Part shown: positions 18,892-28,290 of the stretch, piece by piece
Layout: every line of letters begins with the position of its first letter
How positions within the stretch are numbered: position 1 is the first letter of the stretch
DNA from: Escherichia phage mogra
DNA: 64,000 bases
Sequence record: MN850579.1
Direction: 5' to 3' (one strand)
Position numbers and translations under genes: made by a program
Notes under the pieces: generated by a model
What the model was told of the DNA's origin: nothing
Seen by the model: only the letters and a program-made list of their open reading frames with translations
Database searches by the model: none

Positions 18892-18916
18892 CAAAAATGG
18901 GAGACCGAAGTCTCCC
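18891..18916 (-). terminator. intrinsic terminator after gene 35 (GGGAGACTTCGGTCTCCC + T-run, minus strand)
   Basis: 18-nt UUCG-loop hairpin (plus-strand 18899-18916) followed on the minus strand by TTTTTGT; the same 18-mer recurs at 27229 and 42840. Confidence 0.6.
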
Positions 18917-18921
18917 TAAAT

Positions 18922-20049
18922 TTATTCTGATGCTTCTTTAAATTCTTGTCCAAATACCTTACCAGTATCAGTTGAAGATTGAGTAGGTAATGTCATTATG
19001 TCTGGAGCACTTAAAGATTCTGAAACATAATTTACACGAATACCATTTATACCAAACTCAGCAGGTTTTGAAACGCTTCCATTACATGATACTTCAGTGA
19101 ATATAACGTTTCTTAATCCACCTTGCCCGACTGGAGCTGTACGATAACAATAAATCGTGAACCCGTCAGCACCAGCAGGAATTTCTATGTAGTCTTCATA
19201 TATCTTCCATTCACCTGCGCCCCCATCAAAGTTTATATCCTTAAATGAAATAGGTGAAGTAGAAGGAGATTTAAAGAAACGAATAGAAAGTCGTGTCGTC
19301 CCTTGTGCTAACAAATCGGCATCGGCCATTAGTTGGAATTTCATATAAAGGAAATCTCCAGGCTTCAATTTATACCCAGCGAGAGGTGTAATAAGGGATG
19401 TTGTAGGCATCCTTTTAATTTCATTATTAGTACCTCCAATGGCAGATAAAAATGTGTCTGACGATTCATACGTACGTCTAGGGAAGCCGGTAGCACCAAT
19501 ATCATCGATCGTGTCGTACACAACATCAAGTGGTGTACTATAGTCGGTTGAAGTTTTCTTATTACTATACTTAATATGTTCTAGTGCTATAGCATTCTTA
19601 CCAGAAATATAAAATGCAGAATAAGAAATGTCCACTATATTTAAAACTTGTTGAGCTAATGGAATAGCAGAACTCCCAGCTTTAGTAAACCATGCAAGAA
19701 CTTCTGGTGGAAAGTTTGTTTTAGCGTTAGTAACAAGAGCAAATATAAAATTTGAAGCATATGTGTCCATGAAAGTAACAAATGCACTTGACGTGGTGTC
19801 GTTTTCAGTAGAGAAATTATATGTCTTAGATTCAACTACTGCACCTGTTGTAGGATTTATTACACGAACGTTTAATCCAACGGAAAAAACCTGGGACCCA
19901 AGTGGATTATCCTGGAACTTAATATAAGCAGGAGATGTTGATAGCGGGCAAGATCCCGCTATGCTTAATTTAAATCGTACTGAATTGCTTTCCGATAAAA
20001 ATGGCGTTTGGACGTATCCTTGTCCAAACTTAGCCATAAATTTTTCCAT
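18922..20049 (-). CDS. 35: gp35 long tail fiber hinge connector (375 aa)
   Basis: Size (T4 372 aa) and position between genes 34 and 36. Confidence 0.8.
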   Translation of the reverse strand: MEKFMAKFGQGYVQTPFLSESNSVRFKLSIAGSCPLSTSPAYIKFQDNPLGSQVFSVGLNVRVINPTTGAVVESKTYNFSTENDTTSSAFVTFMDTYASNFIFALVTNAKTNFPPEVLAWFTKAGSSAIPLAQQVLNIVDISYSAFYISGKNAIALEHIKYSNKKTSTDYSTPLDVVYDTIDDIGATGFPRRTYESSDTFLSAIGGTNNEIKRMPTTSLITPLAGYKLKPGDFLYMKFQLMADADLLAQGTTRLSIRFFKSPSTSPISFKDINFDGGAGEWKIYEDYIEIPAGADGFTIYCYRTAPVGQGGLRNVIFTEVSCNGSVSKPAEFGINGIRVNYVSESLSAPDIMTLPTQSSTDTGKVFGQEFKEASE

Positions 20050-20057
20050 AATACCTC

Positions 20058-23000
20058 TTATTCAATCCACTCGAATTTAACAGATTTATTCACAGGGTCT
20101 GGAATAATGCGGACATTACCAATCCTTAAGAAATCCCTTATTGTCAAGTTTCCGATTGTTGCATTATCAGAAGGTAAAGCACCAATATCAGATGGCTGAG
20201 GAGGGTTACCCCCATCAAATACTTGAACAAAACTTGACCAAGAATTTTTAGTTTTCTGCCATGTACGAGTCCAACGGGTTGTACGTGCTTCTGGGGTTGT
20301 TGGATAAGTAATCCAATCTTGGTAAAGTGAATCAAGTGTGTTACCAAACTGAGTCAGTGTACCAGGAGATTTAACTTCTTCGCCACGTTCTAAGTATGGA
20401 AGCCCAGTCACTTCATTAGTTTTTTCAACCATTTTAAAATAACCTGGGAACTGGTTATAAGTGGCTGAATCGTTAATATCAATTGACCAGAATCCTACAT
20501 TATCAGATGTTGGCGCACGGGTATATAAATCAGATGTTTTATTACCCTGAGAACGAATTCTAGAGTTAACAGTCAAACCACCTGAATTTATAGTAGCACC
20601 TTTAGCAATAACAAGCCCTTCGGCAATTGTAACCTGGCCGGATTGATTATTAATAGCTAAAGGACGCAATCCACTAAATCCGCCAGTCTGGCCTCCTGGA
20701 TGGGTTAGCAAAAAATAGGTATTAGAGCCATCATTGCGAATAAGGAATCCGTAATCACCACTAATTGCTCTGAAAGCATTTGCAGACTTGCTAATGAATT
20801 CACCATTGGCTGTAACTGAACTACCAAATGTTGCTACACCATTCGCATTTAACGTGCCTGAAGCGTTAACATTTATTGGCATCACAGTACCATTAATGCT
20901 AAACGTTATATTCCCAGCTTTATTACGTTGAGAATAAAAGTGATTAGATGTTTCATCACCGACTTCGAATACAGTAGAACGTGTTGTATCTGAACCACCA
21001 CCAAATTCATTTCCCCAAACTCTGATAGTCATCGTCTGTGCTGGGTTAGTTCCAGTCTGAGGTCCTTTCTCAAAAATTAGACGAGTAGCTGTTCCCGTAT
21101 TAGAAATAGTCAGTGTACTATTAGCAGATACCGAACCACCAAACGTAGCAGTACTAGATGATACAAGAGGGGCACTCAGATTCGTTTGTTGGGTTAAGGT
21201 TAGTGAACCATTAACCGTCTGTGCAATATCCCTACGAATGAACTGAGATGAATCTAGACCATCTAATAAATTACTATCTACGGCTTTAGCTTTCAATGGC
21301 AAATAGTTAGCAAGTACACGGTTTAATTCATATGGAGATATAGCATAGCTATTTTTTTCATATGATTCTAAAGGTTGTGTTGAACCAACCGTATCATTAC
21401 CAACGAATGTAATAGAACCGGATGAAGTTTTAACGAATCCACGAATCGCCGTAGTAGCAGCCCATGTTGGTTCATTCTGGACAATCCATTTTAAATTCTT
21501 AGGAGATACAGCAGTATTAGCAGAAGTTCCTGTTACAGTTTCAGCCTGAGTAGCAACCTTAATTACGCCTTCAGACGTTTCAGTGGACTTAGTCCCTAAA
21601 AGCTTTTTAGGAGTAATAAGAACATCATCTAAAGTTCCTGCATTAGATTCTGCCTGGGTCGCTACGCGAAGTGTACCACGTTGTGTTTCATTTGCTTTAG
21701 AAATATCAAGAGTATAATGGTTCCACAAGGTTCCTTCTTCAATAAGTCCGGAATCAGAATTAACACTTGTACGGTCAGAAGAATCAAAATGAGTTTTAAT
21801 TTTCAGTGGAGTTGAGATACGAGTATCGTCAGTTCCAGTATCAAATTCAACTTGCGTAGCAAGTTCGGCTATGCCGGATAATCCTTCCGTAGCTTTCCTA
21901 TCATTTAACGTCTTAGGCGTTACTGCACGTGTATAATCAGTCCCATCATTAGTTTCTGCTTGCGTAGCAATTTCAATTAAACCAATACGTCCATCAGTAG
22001 AAGTTTTCTTATGTAGTGTTTCAGGAGTTACTACAGCGTGAGAATAACCTGCTTGGGATTGACCAGCAATTACTTCACTATCGACAGCTAAAATTACTGC
22101 ACCTTGTTGAGCATAAGTTGCTTTATATTGGTCAAGGGCTTTAGGAGAAATAGTTAAATTATTTACAGTTTTATTATAAACGTTAGTGCCTGCGGTACCA
22201 CGAGTTTCAGCAGGAGTAGCAGAAGTAGTTGATACATATTTAACTATACCAGATAGTGTTTCAGAACCCTGACGGGCCTGTAATTTCTTAGGCGTAATAA
22301 TCGTTGTGTCATCAAGACCAGCATCGGTTTCAGCCTGAGTAGCAATTTCAGCAAGACCACGACGAGTTTCAGTTGCTGTACGCTCATTTAGTTTTTTAGG
22401 CGTAACAACAGTATCGTCCACAAATGATGCTGTGGAATTCTGGTTAACTTGTGCTGTTGTAGCAATTTTAGCGATACCACGTCGAGCTTCAGTTGCTGTA
22501 CGATTTGCCAACGTTTCAGGAGTAATAGCCACTTCTTTAGCCGGAGTATTCTCTAAATCAACATTTGCTTGCGCTTGAGTAGCAAGAGCAATAACACCTA
22601 AACGAGCTCGTGTAGCATCAGTTCCAGCATCAACACGTTCTACAGTTGGGACGTTTTGTTGAACAACCCAATAACGTGTACCAGCAACGGTGTCTTCGAT
22701 ATACGCTAATTCTAATACAGGAACATATGAAGTAGTGCCATTGAATTCTAGTTCAGTAACAGAGACCCATTGAGCATCAGGTGGATATTCAGAACGTTTA
22801 GGGAACTGAAGCAATGCAACAGAAGAAGCAATTGTATCACCTTCGGCAGCTTTAATTTTTACTGTTTGGCCTTTACGCATGTAGTTCATTGAAATTTTAA
22901 CAGTGTCACCACTCAAAATTCCGGAAGGCAGCGTAAGATTAATAGTTCCGGCTGTACCGTTATTTGTGCCAAAAATAAGAACTTCTTCATTTGGACGAAT

Positions 23001-23933
23001 ATTTGAATCCGCACGGATAATACGAAGACGCGATTTCTGGTCGCCTTCCCATATACGCCATAAACTATTTGCAGCATCAAAAACAAAAAACGCGTCAGAG
23101 TCATTTCTGCCTTCGGCAATATGAGTCCCGACTTCACCAATAGACGTTGTATCATCAAATGTTTTAACAATTGTATGATACAGCGGGTTTAATCTATCTA
23201 AATCGACTAGGCTGATTATATCACCATTGTTAGCATTACGTGGAAGTGTAATGTTGATTGGTGCTGCACTAGTAAAACGACGAACGATAAAATCATTTGC
23301 TTGTGCTTGATATGGTGTCGCAGGTGTAACAGTGATTGATTCTTTACCGTAATCGGTAATATACATCTGCCACAAACGATTACTAAACACAAACAATAGT
23401 TGTGAACGTGGGCGCGTCATTAAAACTGTACGAACTTGTTCACCTCTAAAGTTTAAAATACTCTGCACAGACGCGTTAATCTGTACTTTAACTGTCCCGG
23501 TTCTTCCACCAATATCAGCCAAAACAACAGTATCACCATCAACCGGCGTATTTGGCAACGTGAAAACCATATCATTGCCGGCACCAGTGTTAACTGAAAT
23601 CGATTCACCTGAAGAAAGTTGATAAGTCCCAGAAGCGACAGTTATCCATTGTGCATCAGTACGAACTGCACGCCATTGTAAAAGGTTAAATGCCCCGGAA
23701 GGAGACACGATATCATTTATTGCTTGATATAAACGGTTGTCATAAAGAACAACAAATCCTTTGTTATATCCACGCGTAGAATCATATACTTGAACGGTGT
23801 TTTCTTGTACCAGGAAGTCAACGTTTACGCCATCAGTACCTACTGTACGGTCGGCTAATGCTACGTTAACAATCTTGTCGCCACCGGCGTCCAGACCGTC
23901 TTCGGCTCTGAACTTACGTTTGATGTTGGCCAT
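20058..23933 (-). CDS. 34: gp34 long tail fiber proximal subunit (1291 aa)
   Basis: Size (T4 1289 aa), N-terminus MANIKRKFRAEDGLDAGGDKIVNVALADRT..., internal ...IATQAE...TPKKL... repeats; divergent from rnh as in T4. Confidence 0.9.
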   Translation of the reverse strand: MANIKRKFRAEDGLDAGGDKIVNVALADRTVGTDGVNVDFLVQENTVQVYDSTRGYNKGFVVLYDNRLYQAINDIVSPSGAFNLLQWRAVRTDAQWITVASGTYQLSSGESISVNTGAGNDMVFTLPNTPVDGDTVVLADIGGRTGTVKVQINASVQSILNFRGEQVRTVLMTRPRSQLLFVFSNRLWQMYITDYGKESITVTPATPYQAQANDFIVRRFTSAAPINITLPRNANNGDIISLVDLDRLNPLYHTIVKTFDDTTSIGEVGTHIAEGRNDSDAFFVFDAANSLWRIWEGDQKSRLRIIRADSNIRPNEEVLIFGTNNGTAGTINLTLPSGILSGDTVKISMNYMRKGQTVKIKAAEGDTIASSVALLQFPKRSEYPPDAQWVSVTELEFNGTTSYVPVLELAYIEDTVAGTRYWVVQQNVPTVERVDAGTDATRARLGVIALATQAQANVDLENTPAKEVAITPETLANRTATEARRGIAKIATTAQVNQNSTASFVDDTVVTPKKLNERTATETRRGLAEIATQAETDAGLDDTTIITPKKLQARQGSETLSGIVKYVSTTSATPAETRGTAGTNVYNKTVNNLTISPKALDQYKATYAQQGAVILAVDSEVIAGQSQAGYSHAVVTPETLHKKTSTDGRIGLIEIATQAETNDGTDYTRAVTPKTLNDRKATEGLSGIAELATQVEFDTGTDDTRISTPLKIKTHFDSSDRTSVNSDSGLIEEGTLWNHYTLDISKANETQRGTLRVATQAESNAGTLDDVLITPKKLLGTKSTETSEGVIKVATQAETVTGTSANTAVSPKNLKWIVQNEPTWAATTAIRGFVKTSSGSITFVGNDTVGSTQPLESYEKNSYAISPYELNRVLANYLPLKAKAVDSNLLDGLDSSQFIRRDIAQTVNGSLTLTQQTNLSAPLVSSSTATFGGSVSANSTLTISNTGTATRLIFEKGPQTGTNPAQTMTIRVWGNEFGGGSDTTRSTVFEVGDETSNHFYSQRNKAGNITFSINGTVMPINVNASGTLNANGVATFGSSVTANGEFISKSANAFRAISGDYGFLIRNDGSNTYFLLTHPGGQTGGFSGLRPLAINNQSGQVTIAEGLVIAKGATINSGGLTVNSRIRSQGNKTSDLYTRAPTSDNVGFWSIDINDSATYNQFPGYFKMVEKTNEVTGLPYLERGEEVKSPGTLTQFGNTLDSLYQDWITYPTTPEARTTRWTRTWQKTKNSWSSFVQVFDGGNPPQPSDIGALPSDNATIGNLTIRDFLRIGNVRIIPDPVNKSVKFEWIE

Positions 23934-23963
23934 TCGTTTTTCCTTTATTGTTTCAATAATACT

Positions 23964-23971
23964 TATTTATA
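23964..23971 (-). promoter_or_regulatory. late promoter (TATAAATA) for gene 34
   Basis: Minus-strand TATAAATA 31 nt upstream of the gene 34 ATG. Confidence 0.6.
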
Positions 23972-23974
23972 CCA

Positions 23975-24004
23975 GTTTACGCTTTCAAATGAGTGTGTTA
24001 CTAT
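23975..24004 (+). promoter_or_regulatory. T4-type early promoter for rnh
   Basis: GTTTAC at 23975-23980, 18-bp spacer, TACTAT at 23999-24004; rnh ATG at 24037 with AGAGG RBS. Confidence 0.5.
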
Positions 24005-24036
24005 AGACAAGTTGACTAACTGAACAAGAGGTTCAT

Positions 24037-24954
24037 ATGGATTTAGAAATGATGTTGGATGAAGATTACAAAGAAGGTATTGCACTTGCCGACTTTAGTA
24101 ACATTGCATTGGCAGCCGCATTAAACAACTTTGAAGACGGCGATAAAATTACTGTACCAATGGTCCGCCATGTAATCTTGAATTCAATTCGTAAAAACGT
24201 CGTGATGTTCCGTAAGCAAGGCTATACAAAATTTGTATTGTGTATGGATAATGCTACTTCAGGTTATTGGCGTCGTGACTTTGCTTACTATTACAAGAAA
24301 AATCGTAAAACCGATCGTGAAGCTTCAAAGTGGGATTGGGAAGGATATTTTACTGCACTCCATCAAGTTGTTGATGAGATTAAGAAATACATGCCATACG
24401 TTGTAATGGATATTGACAAGTATGAAGCGGATGACCATATCGGCGTATTAACTAAATATTTGTCATTAGCTGGACATAAAGTATGTATTGTTGCATCAGA
24501 TGGTGACTTTACACAATTACACAAATATCCTAACGTTAAACAGTGGTCGCCACCACAGAAAAAATGGGTTAAAATTAAGAACGGTTCTGCTGAAATTGAT
24601 TGTATGACTAAAATTCTTAAAGGTGACCGTAAAGACGGCGTTGCATCTGTTCGAGTTCGTGGTGACTTCTGGTTTACCAGAGTTGATGGTGAACGAACTC
24701 CAAGCATGAAAACAACGATTATTGAAGCAATTGCCAATGACCGTTCTCAAGCTGAAGTATTATTAAGTGCAGAAGAATATAAACGGTATCAAGAAAATTT
24801 GGTTCTCATTGATTTTGATTATATCCCTGATAATATTGCTTCAACCATTATAGAGTATTATAACTCATATAAACCACAACCTAAAGGCAAGATTTATTCA
24901 TACTTTGTAAAATCTGGCCTTTCTAAATTAACAAGTGTAATTAATGAATTCTGA
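24037..24954 (+). CDS. rnh: RNase H / 5'-3' flap exonuclease (305 aa)
   Basis: MDLEMMLDEDYKEGIALADFSNIA...YEADDHIGVL...ASDGDFTQLHKYPNVKQWSP... matches recalled T4 RNase H (305 aa, FEN-family acidic cluster). Confidence 0.9.
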   Translation: MDLEMMLDEDYKEGIALADFSNIALAAALNNFEDGDKITVPMVRHVILNSIRKNVVMFRKQGYTKFVLCMDNATSGYWRRDFAYYYKKNRKTDREASKWDWEGYFTALHQVVDEIKKYMPYVVMDIDKYEADDHIGVLTKYLSLAGHKVCIVASDGDFTQLHKYPNVKQWSPPQKKWVKIKNGSAEIDCMTKILKGDRKDGVASVRVRGDFWFTRVDGERTPSMKTTIIEAIANDRSQAEVLLSAEEYKRYQENLVLIDFDYIPDNIASTIIEYYNSYKPQPKGKIYSYFVKSGLSKLTSVINEF

Positions 24955-24961
24955 GGTAAAC

Positions 24962-25231
24962 ATGGCTAAGAAAGAAACAGTTGAATTTAATCAAGATGTG
25001 CATGGTGAAGAACTGGCTAAACTAGTCAAGGAAGCTTCCGATAACAAACTTAAAATTTCTGGTTATAATGAACTGATTAAAGACATTCGTACTCGTGCTA
25101 AAGAAGAGCTTGGCGTCGATGGAAAAATGTTTAATCGTTTGTTAGCTCTTTATCATAAAGACGCTCGTGACCAATTTGAAGCTGAAAACGAAGAGGTAGT
25201 CGAGCTTTATGACACAGTTTTCACTAAGTGA
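24962..25231 (+). CDS. dsbA: DsbA double-stranded DNA-binding protein (89 aa)
   Basis: ATG 24962 with GAGGTAAA RBS gives 89 aa (T4 DsbA 89 aa); located between rnh and gene 33 as in T4. Confidence 0.7.
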   Translation: MAKKETVEFNQDVHGEELAKLVKEASDNKLKISGYNELIKDIRTRAKEELGVDGKMFNRLLALYHKDARDQFEAENEEVVELYDTVFTK

Positions 25232-25547
25232 TATTAAACCGGTTGATGAGGCCGGTTTATCTGAACAAGAATTAGCAGTAAAACACAATAAAGATGATAT
25301 CGCTAAATTGCTTGACCGACAAGAAAACGGATTCATTATCGAATCCATGGTTGAACAATTTGGTATGTCTTATTTAGAAGCAACAACTGCTTTCTTGGAA
25401 GAAAATTCTATTCCAGAAACACAATTTGCTAAATTTATTCCTACAGGAATTGTTGAAAAAATTACAAGCGAAGCAATTGACGAAAACATGCTTCGCCCAT
25501 CAGTTGCTCGTGGTGAAAAAACTAATACGTTAGATTTCTTATTATGA
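25209..25547 (+). CDS. 33: gp33 late transcription co-activator (112 aa)
   Basis: 112 aa ending ...TNTLDFLL as recalled for T4 gp33; synteny dsbA-33-59. Confidence 0.8.
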   Translation: MTQFSLSDIKPVDEAGLSEQELAVKHNKDDIAKLLDRQENGFIIESMVEQFGMSYLEATTAFLEENSIPETQFAKFIPTGIVEKITSEAIDENMLRPSVARGEKTNTLDFLL

Positions 25548-26197
25548 TTAAAATACGCATGCCTCCTGATGGAGAACGTTATATTAACGGAAAATCGGTA
25601 TACAAACTATACTTGATGTGCAAACAACATTTTAATGGTCGGTATGACGTAATCAAATATAACTGGTGCATGCGTGTTTCGGATAATGCGTATCAAAAAC
25701 GCCGAGATAAATATTTCTTTGAAAAACTAGCAGAGAAATATAAATTGAAGGAACTCACCTTGATATTCATAAGCAACTTAGTTGCTAACCAAGACGCATG
25801 GATTGGTGAGATATCAGACGCTGATGCATTAGTTTTCTATAGGGAATATATTGGACGTCTCAAACAAGCCAAGGAGACGTTTGCTGAAGATGTACGTAAC
25901 ATCTACTATTTCAGTAAGAAAGTGGAAGTTAGTGCGCTTCAAGAGATATTTGATTATAATAATAAAGTTCAGTCGAGCTACATATTTAAATTGCTACAAA
26001 GCAATATAATTTCATTTGAAACTTTCTTATTGTTGGACTCATTTTTGAATATTATAGATAAGCACGACGAACTCACCGATAACTTAGTCTGGCAAAATTA
26101 TTCTACCAAATTAAAGGCATATCGAAAAATACTTCAAATCGATGGAAATGCTGCTAAGAAATTGTTCATAGAAACAATCAAATCATGCAAGTATTAA
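25544..26197 (+). CDS. 59: gp59 helicase loader (217 aa)
   Basis: MIKIRMPPDGERYINGKSVYKLYLMCKQHFNGRYDVIKYNW... matches recalled T4 gp59 (217 aa). Confidence 0.9.
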   Translation: MIKIRMPPDGERYINGKSVYKLYLMCKQHFNGRYDVIKYNWCMRVSDNAYQKRRDKYFFEKLAEKYKLKELTLIFISNLVANQDAWIGEISDADALVFYREYIGRLKQAKETFAEDVRNIYYFSKKVEVSALQEIFDYNNKVQSSYIFKLLQSNIISFETFLLLDSFLNIIDKHDELTDNLVWQNYSTKLKAYRKILQIDGNAAKKLFIETIKSCKY

Positions 26198-26226
26198 GCT
26201 TTATTTCTTGTGTGTTAAAATTACTT

Positions 26227-26234
26227 TATAAATA
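26227..26234 (+). promoter_or_regulatory. late promoter (TATAAATA) upstream of gene 32
   Basis: Exact TATAAATA on the plus strand in the gene 59-32 intergenic region. Confidence 0.5.
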
Positions 26235-26244
26235 AATCATACCA

Positions 26245-26322
26245 GCTACGAGGTATAAGTGTCGTAGCAACCAACTGTAAATAAATTAAATAAATTAAAT
26301 AATCTAAATAAAGGTAAATATA
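26245..26322 (+). promoter_or_regulatory. gene 32 translational operator (hairpin/pseudoknot plus unstructured A/U-rich tract)
   Basis: Hairpin GCTACGA(26245-26251)/TCGTAGC(26262-26268) followed by AAATAAATTAAATAAATTAAATAATCTAAATAAAGG up to the ATG, the arrangement known for T4 gp32 autoregulation. Confidence 0.7.
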
Positions 26323-27222
26323 ATGTTTAAACGTAAATCTACTGCTGACCTCGCTGCTCAAATGGCTAAACTGAATGGTAACAAAGGTTTCTCTTCAGAA
26401 GATAAAGGTGAATGGAAACTGAAACTCGATGCATCCGGTAATGGTCAAGCGGTAATTCGTTTCCTGCCGGCAAAAACAGATGACGCACTTCCGTTTACAA
26501 TTCTTGTTAACCACGGGTTCAAGAAAAATGGCAAATGGTATATTGAAACCTGTTCATCTACACACGGCGATTATGACTCTTGTCCGGTATGTCAGTACAT
26601 TAGTAAAAATGACCTGTACAATACAAACAAAACAGAATATTCTCAACTGAAACGTAAAACTTCTTATTGGGCTAATATCCTGGTTGTTAAAGACCCACAA
26701 GCTCCAGATAATGAAGGTAAAGTATTCAAATACCGTTTTGGTAAAAAGATTTGGGACAAAATCAATGCAATGATTGCAGTTGATACCGAAATGGGTGAAA
26801 CTCCTGTTGATGTAACTTGCCCATGGGAAGGTGCTAACTTTGTGCTGAAAGTTAAACAGGTTTCTGGTTTCAGTAACTACGACGAATCTAAATTCCTGAA
26901 TCAATCTGCGATTCCAAACATTGATGATGAATCTTTCCAGAAAGAATTGTTCGAACAAATGGTTGACCTTTCTGAAATGACTTCTAAAGATAAGTTCAAA
27001 TCGTTTGAAGAATTGAATACTAAATTTAATCAAGTTCTTGGTACTGCCGCTCTTGGTGGTGCAGCAGCTGCCGCAGCTTCTGTTGCAGATAAAGTTGCTT
27101 CTGACCTTGACGATTTTGATAAAGACATGGAAGCCTTTAGTTCTGCAAAAACTGAAGATGACTTCATGAGTTCCTCGTCTTCTGACGATGGCGACCTCGA
27201 TGACCTGTTAGCTGGTCTATAA
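26323..27222 (+). CDS. 32: gp32 single-stranded DNA-binding protein (299 aa)
   Basis: [36 protein letters not shown]...[39 protein letters not shown]... and acidic C-tail match recalled T4 gp32 (301 aa). Confidence 0.92.
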   Translation: MFKRKSTADLAAQMAKLNGNKGFSSEDKGEWKLKLDASGNGQAVIRFLPAKTDDALPFTILVNHGFKKNGKWYIETCSSTHGDYDSCPVCQYISKNDLYNTNKTEYSQLKRKTSYWANILVVKDPQAPDNEGKVFKYRFGKKIWDKINAMIAVDTEMGETPVDVTCPWEGANFVLKVKQVSGFSNYDESKFLNQSAIPNIDDESFQKELFEQMVDLSEMTSKDKFKSFEELNTKFNQVLGTAALGGAAAAAASVADKVASDLDDFDKDMEAFSSAKTEDDFMSSSSSDDGDLDDLLAGL

Positions 27223-27228
27223 TAAATT

Positions 27229-27250
27229 GGGAGACTTCGGTCTCCCTTTT
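27229..27250 (+). terminator. intrinsic terminator (GGGAGACTTCGGTCTCCC + T4)
   Basis: 18-nt UUCG-loop hairpin 27229-27246 followed by TTTT, 6 nt after the gene 32 stop. Confidence 0.7.
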
Positions 27251-27277
27251 GAGTATCTGTAAATTGCCGAAAAAGTT

Positions 27278-27306
27278 GTTTACTTCTTCCCTGGACGTGT
27301 TAGTAT
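27278..27306 (+). promoter_or_regulatory. T4-type early promoter
   Basis: GTTTAC at 27278-27283 and TAGTAT at 27301-27306; ATG at 27336 with GAGGAAA RBS. Confidence 0.5.
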
Positions 27307-27335
27307 AGACCTATCAACAACATGAGGAAATCAAA

Positions 27336-27728
27336 ATGGAAATCGGAAAATCTTATATCATTAACCCTTTATTTAAAGATGACTTTGTTCAAGAAGCACC
27401 ACATAATAACGCTAAGATGTTAAAATTGATTGAACTCCACGGGCCTAGTTTTGTTGTAAACGGAATGGAACCTGATTATGATAGCGATACGTCAAACGTA
27501 GTAAGTGTAACTATGGAAGATGGTACTGTATGTTCTGCCGGTGGTGAAATTGAAACTTATTTTGAGATTTATCCTGACGAGTTCAAATACTTTACTGAGG
27601 TAGATTTAGTAAAGCCTCAACCTACTAACGAAGGTATAACTTTAGGCGTAACAAAAATCCATTGTATCGTAGATGAAACTAACGTCGACGAAATCATCAA
27701 ACTTTTGCAAAAAACTTTTAAAAAGTAG
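27336..27728 (+). CDS. hypothetical protein (130 aa)
   Basis: ATG ORF with GAGGAAA RBS between gene 32 and frd (frd.x region in T4); no motif. Confidence 0.5.
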   Translation: MEIGKSYIINPLFKDDFVQEAPHNNAKMLKLIELHGPSFVVNGMEPDYDSDTSNVVSVTMEDGTVCSAGGEIETYFEIYPDEFKYFTEVDLVKPQPTNEGITLGVTKIHCIVDETNVDEIIKLLQKTFKK

Positions 27729-27766
27729 TTTATAACAAGATAGGGCTATGTTATAATAGCCCTATC
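27728..27766 (+). promoter_or_regulatory. early promoter embedded in a 10-bp stem-loop (PeSL-like)
   Basis: GTTTAT at 27728-27733, TATAAT at 27752-27757 in the loop of the perfect dyad GATAGGGCTA(27739-27748)/TAGCCCTATC(27757-27766). Confidence 0.6.
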
Positions 27767-27790
27767 AAATCAAAAGTGAAGGAGAATAAA

Positions 27791-28039
27791 ATGAGATTAC
27801 AACGCCAGAGCATCAAAGATTCTGAAGTTAGAGGTAAATGGTACTTCAACATCGTTGGTAAAGACGCTGAACTCCTTGAACAAGCTGAAGAAGCTTTACG
27901 TGAAATGGGTTGGAACGAAGAATGTGATGGATGTCCACTCTACGAAGATGGTGAAAGTGCAGGATTCTGGATTCACCACTCTGATGTTGAATCGTTTAAA
28001 GCTGATTGGAAAGTTGTTAAGAAAAATCTGAGGAAATAA
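27791..28039 (+). CDS. hypothetical protein (82 aa from ATG 27791)
   Basis: AAGGAG RBS then ATG at 27791; the track start 27776 is a GTG within the RBS. Confidence 0.45.
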   Translation: MRLQRQSIKDSEVRGKWYFNIVGKDAELLEQAEEALREMGWNEECDGCPLYEDGESAGFWIHHSDVESFKADWKVVKKNLRK

Positions 28040-28041
28040 TT

Positions 28042-28290
28042 ATGAATGTTGTTGTTGAATACTCTCAAGGCGCTGATGTCGGATATGAAGTTTATACTTC
28101 AGTTAATTTAGACCATCCGGATTTGGCCGAATTCATTGGTGACGCATTTGATTTGTCTGGGCGATACACAACAAAACCTCGCGTTTGTGTTATAATATTT
28201 GACCCGACCGATGGCTGTCAAATCCAGACTGATTTGGTTTCTTCTAAATCACAAATCCAAAAAGTTATTAAAGGACTTAAAAATGCTTAA
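28042..28290 (+). CDS. hypothetical protein (82 aa)
   Basis: ORF whose stop overlaps the frd start region. Confidence 0.45.
   Translation: MNVVVEYSQGADVGYEVYTSVNLDHPDLAEFIGDAFDLSGRYTTKPRVCVIIFDPTDGCQIQTDLVSSKSQIQKVIKGLKNA

Noticed and set aside
26554-27033. Minus-strand 159-aa ORF
   Set aside because: Antisense and fully inside gene 32, whose product is unmistakable; no RBS. The same reasoning applies to the other antisense track ORFs inside rIIA, gp34, gp37, nrdA, alt, gp29 and so on.
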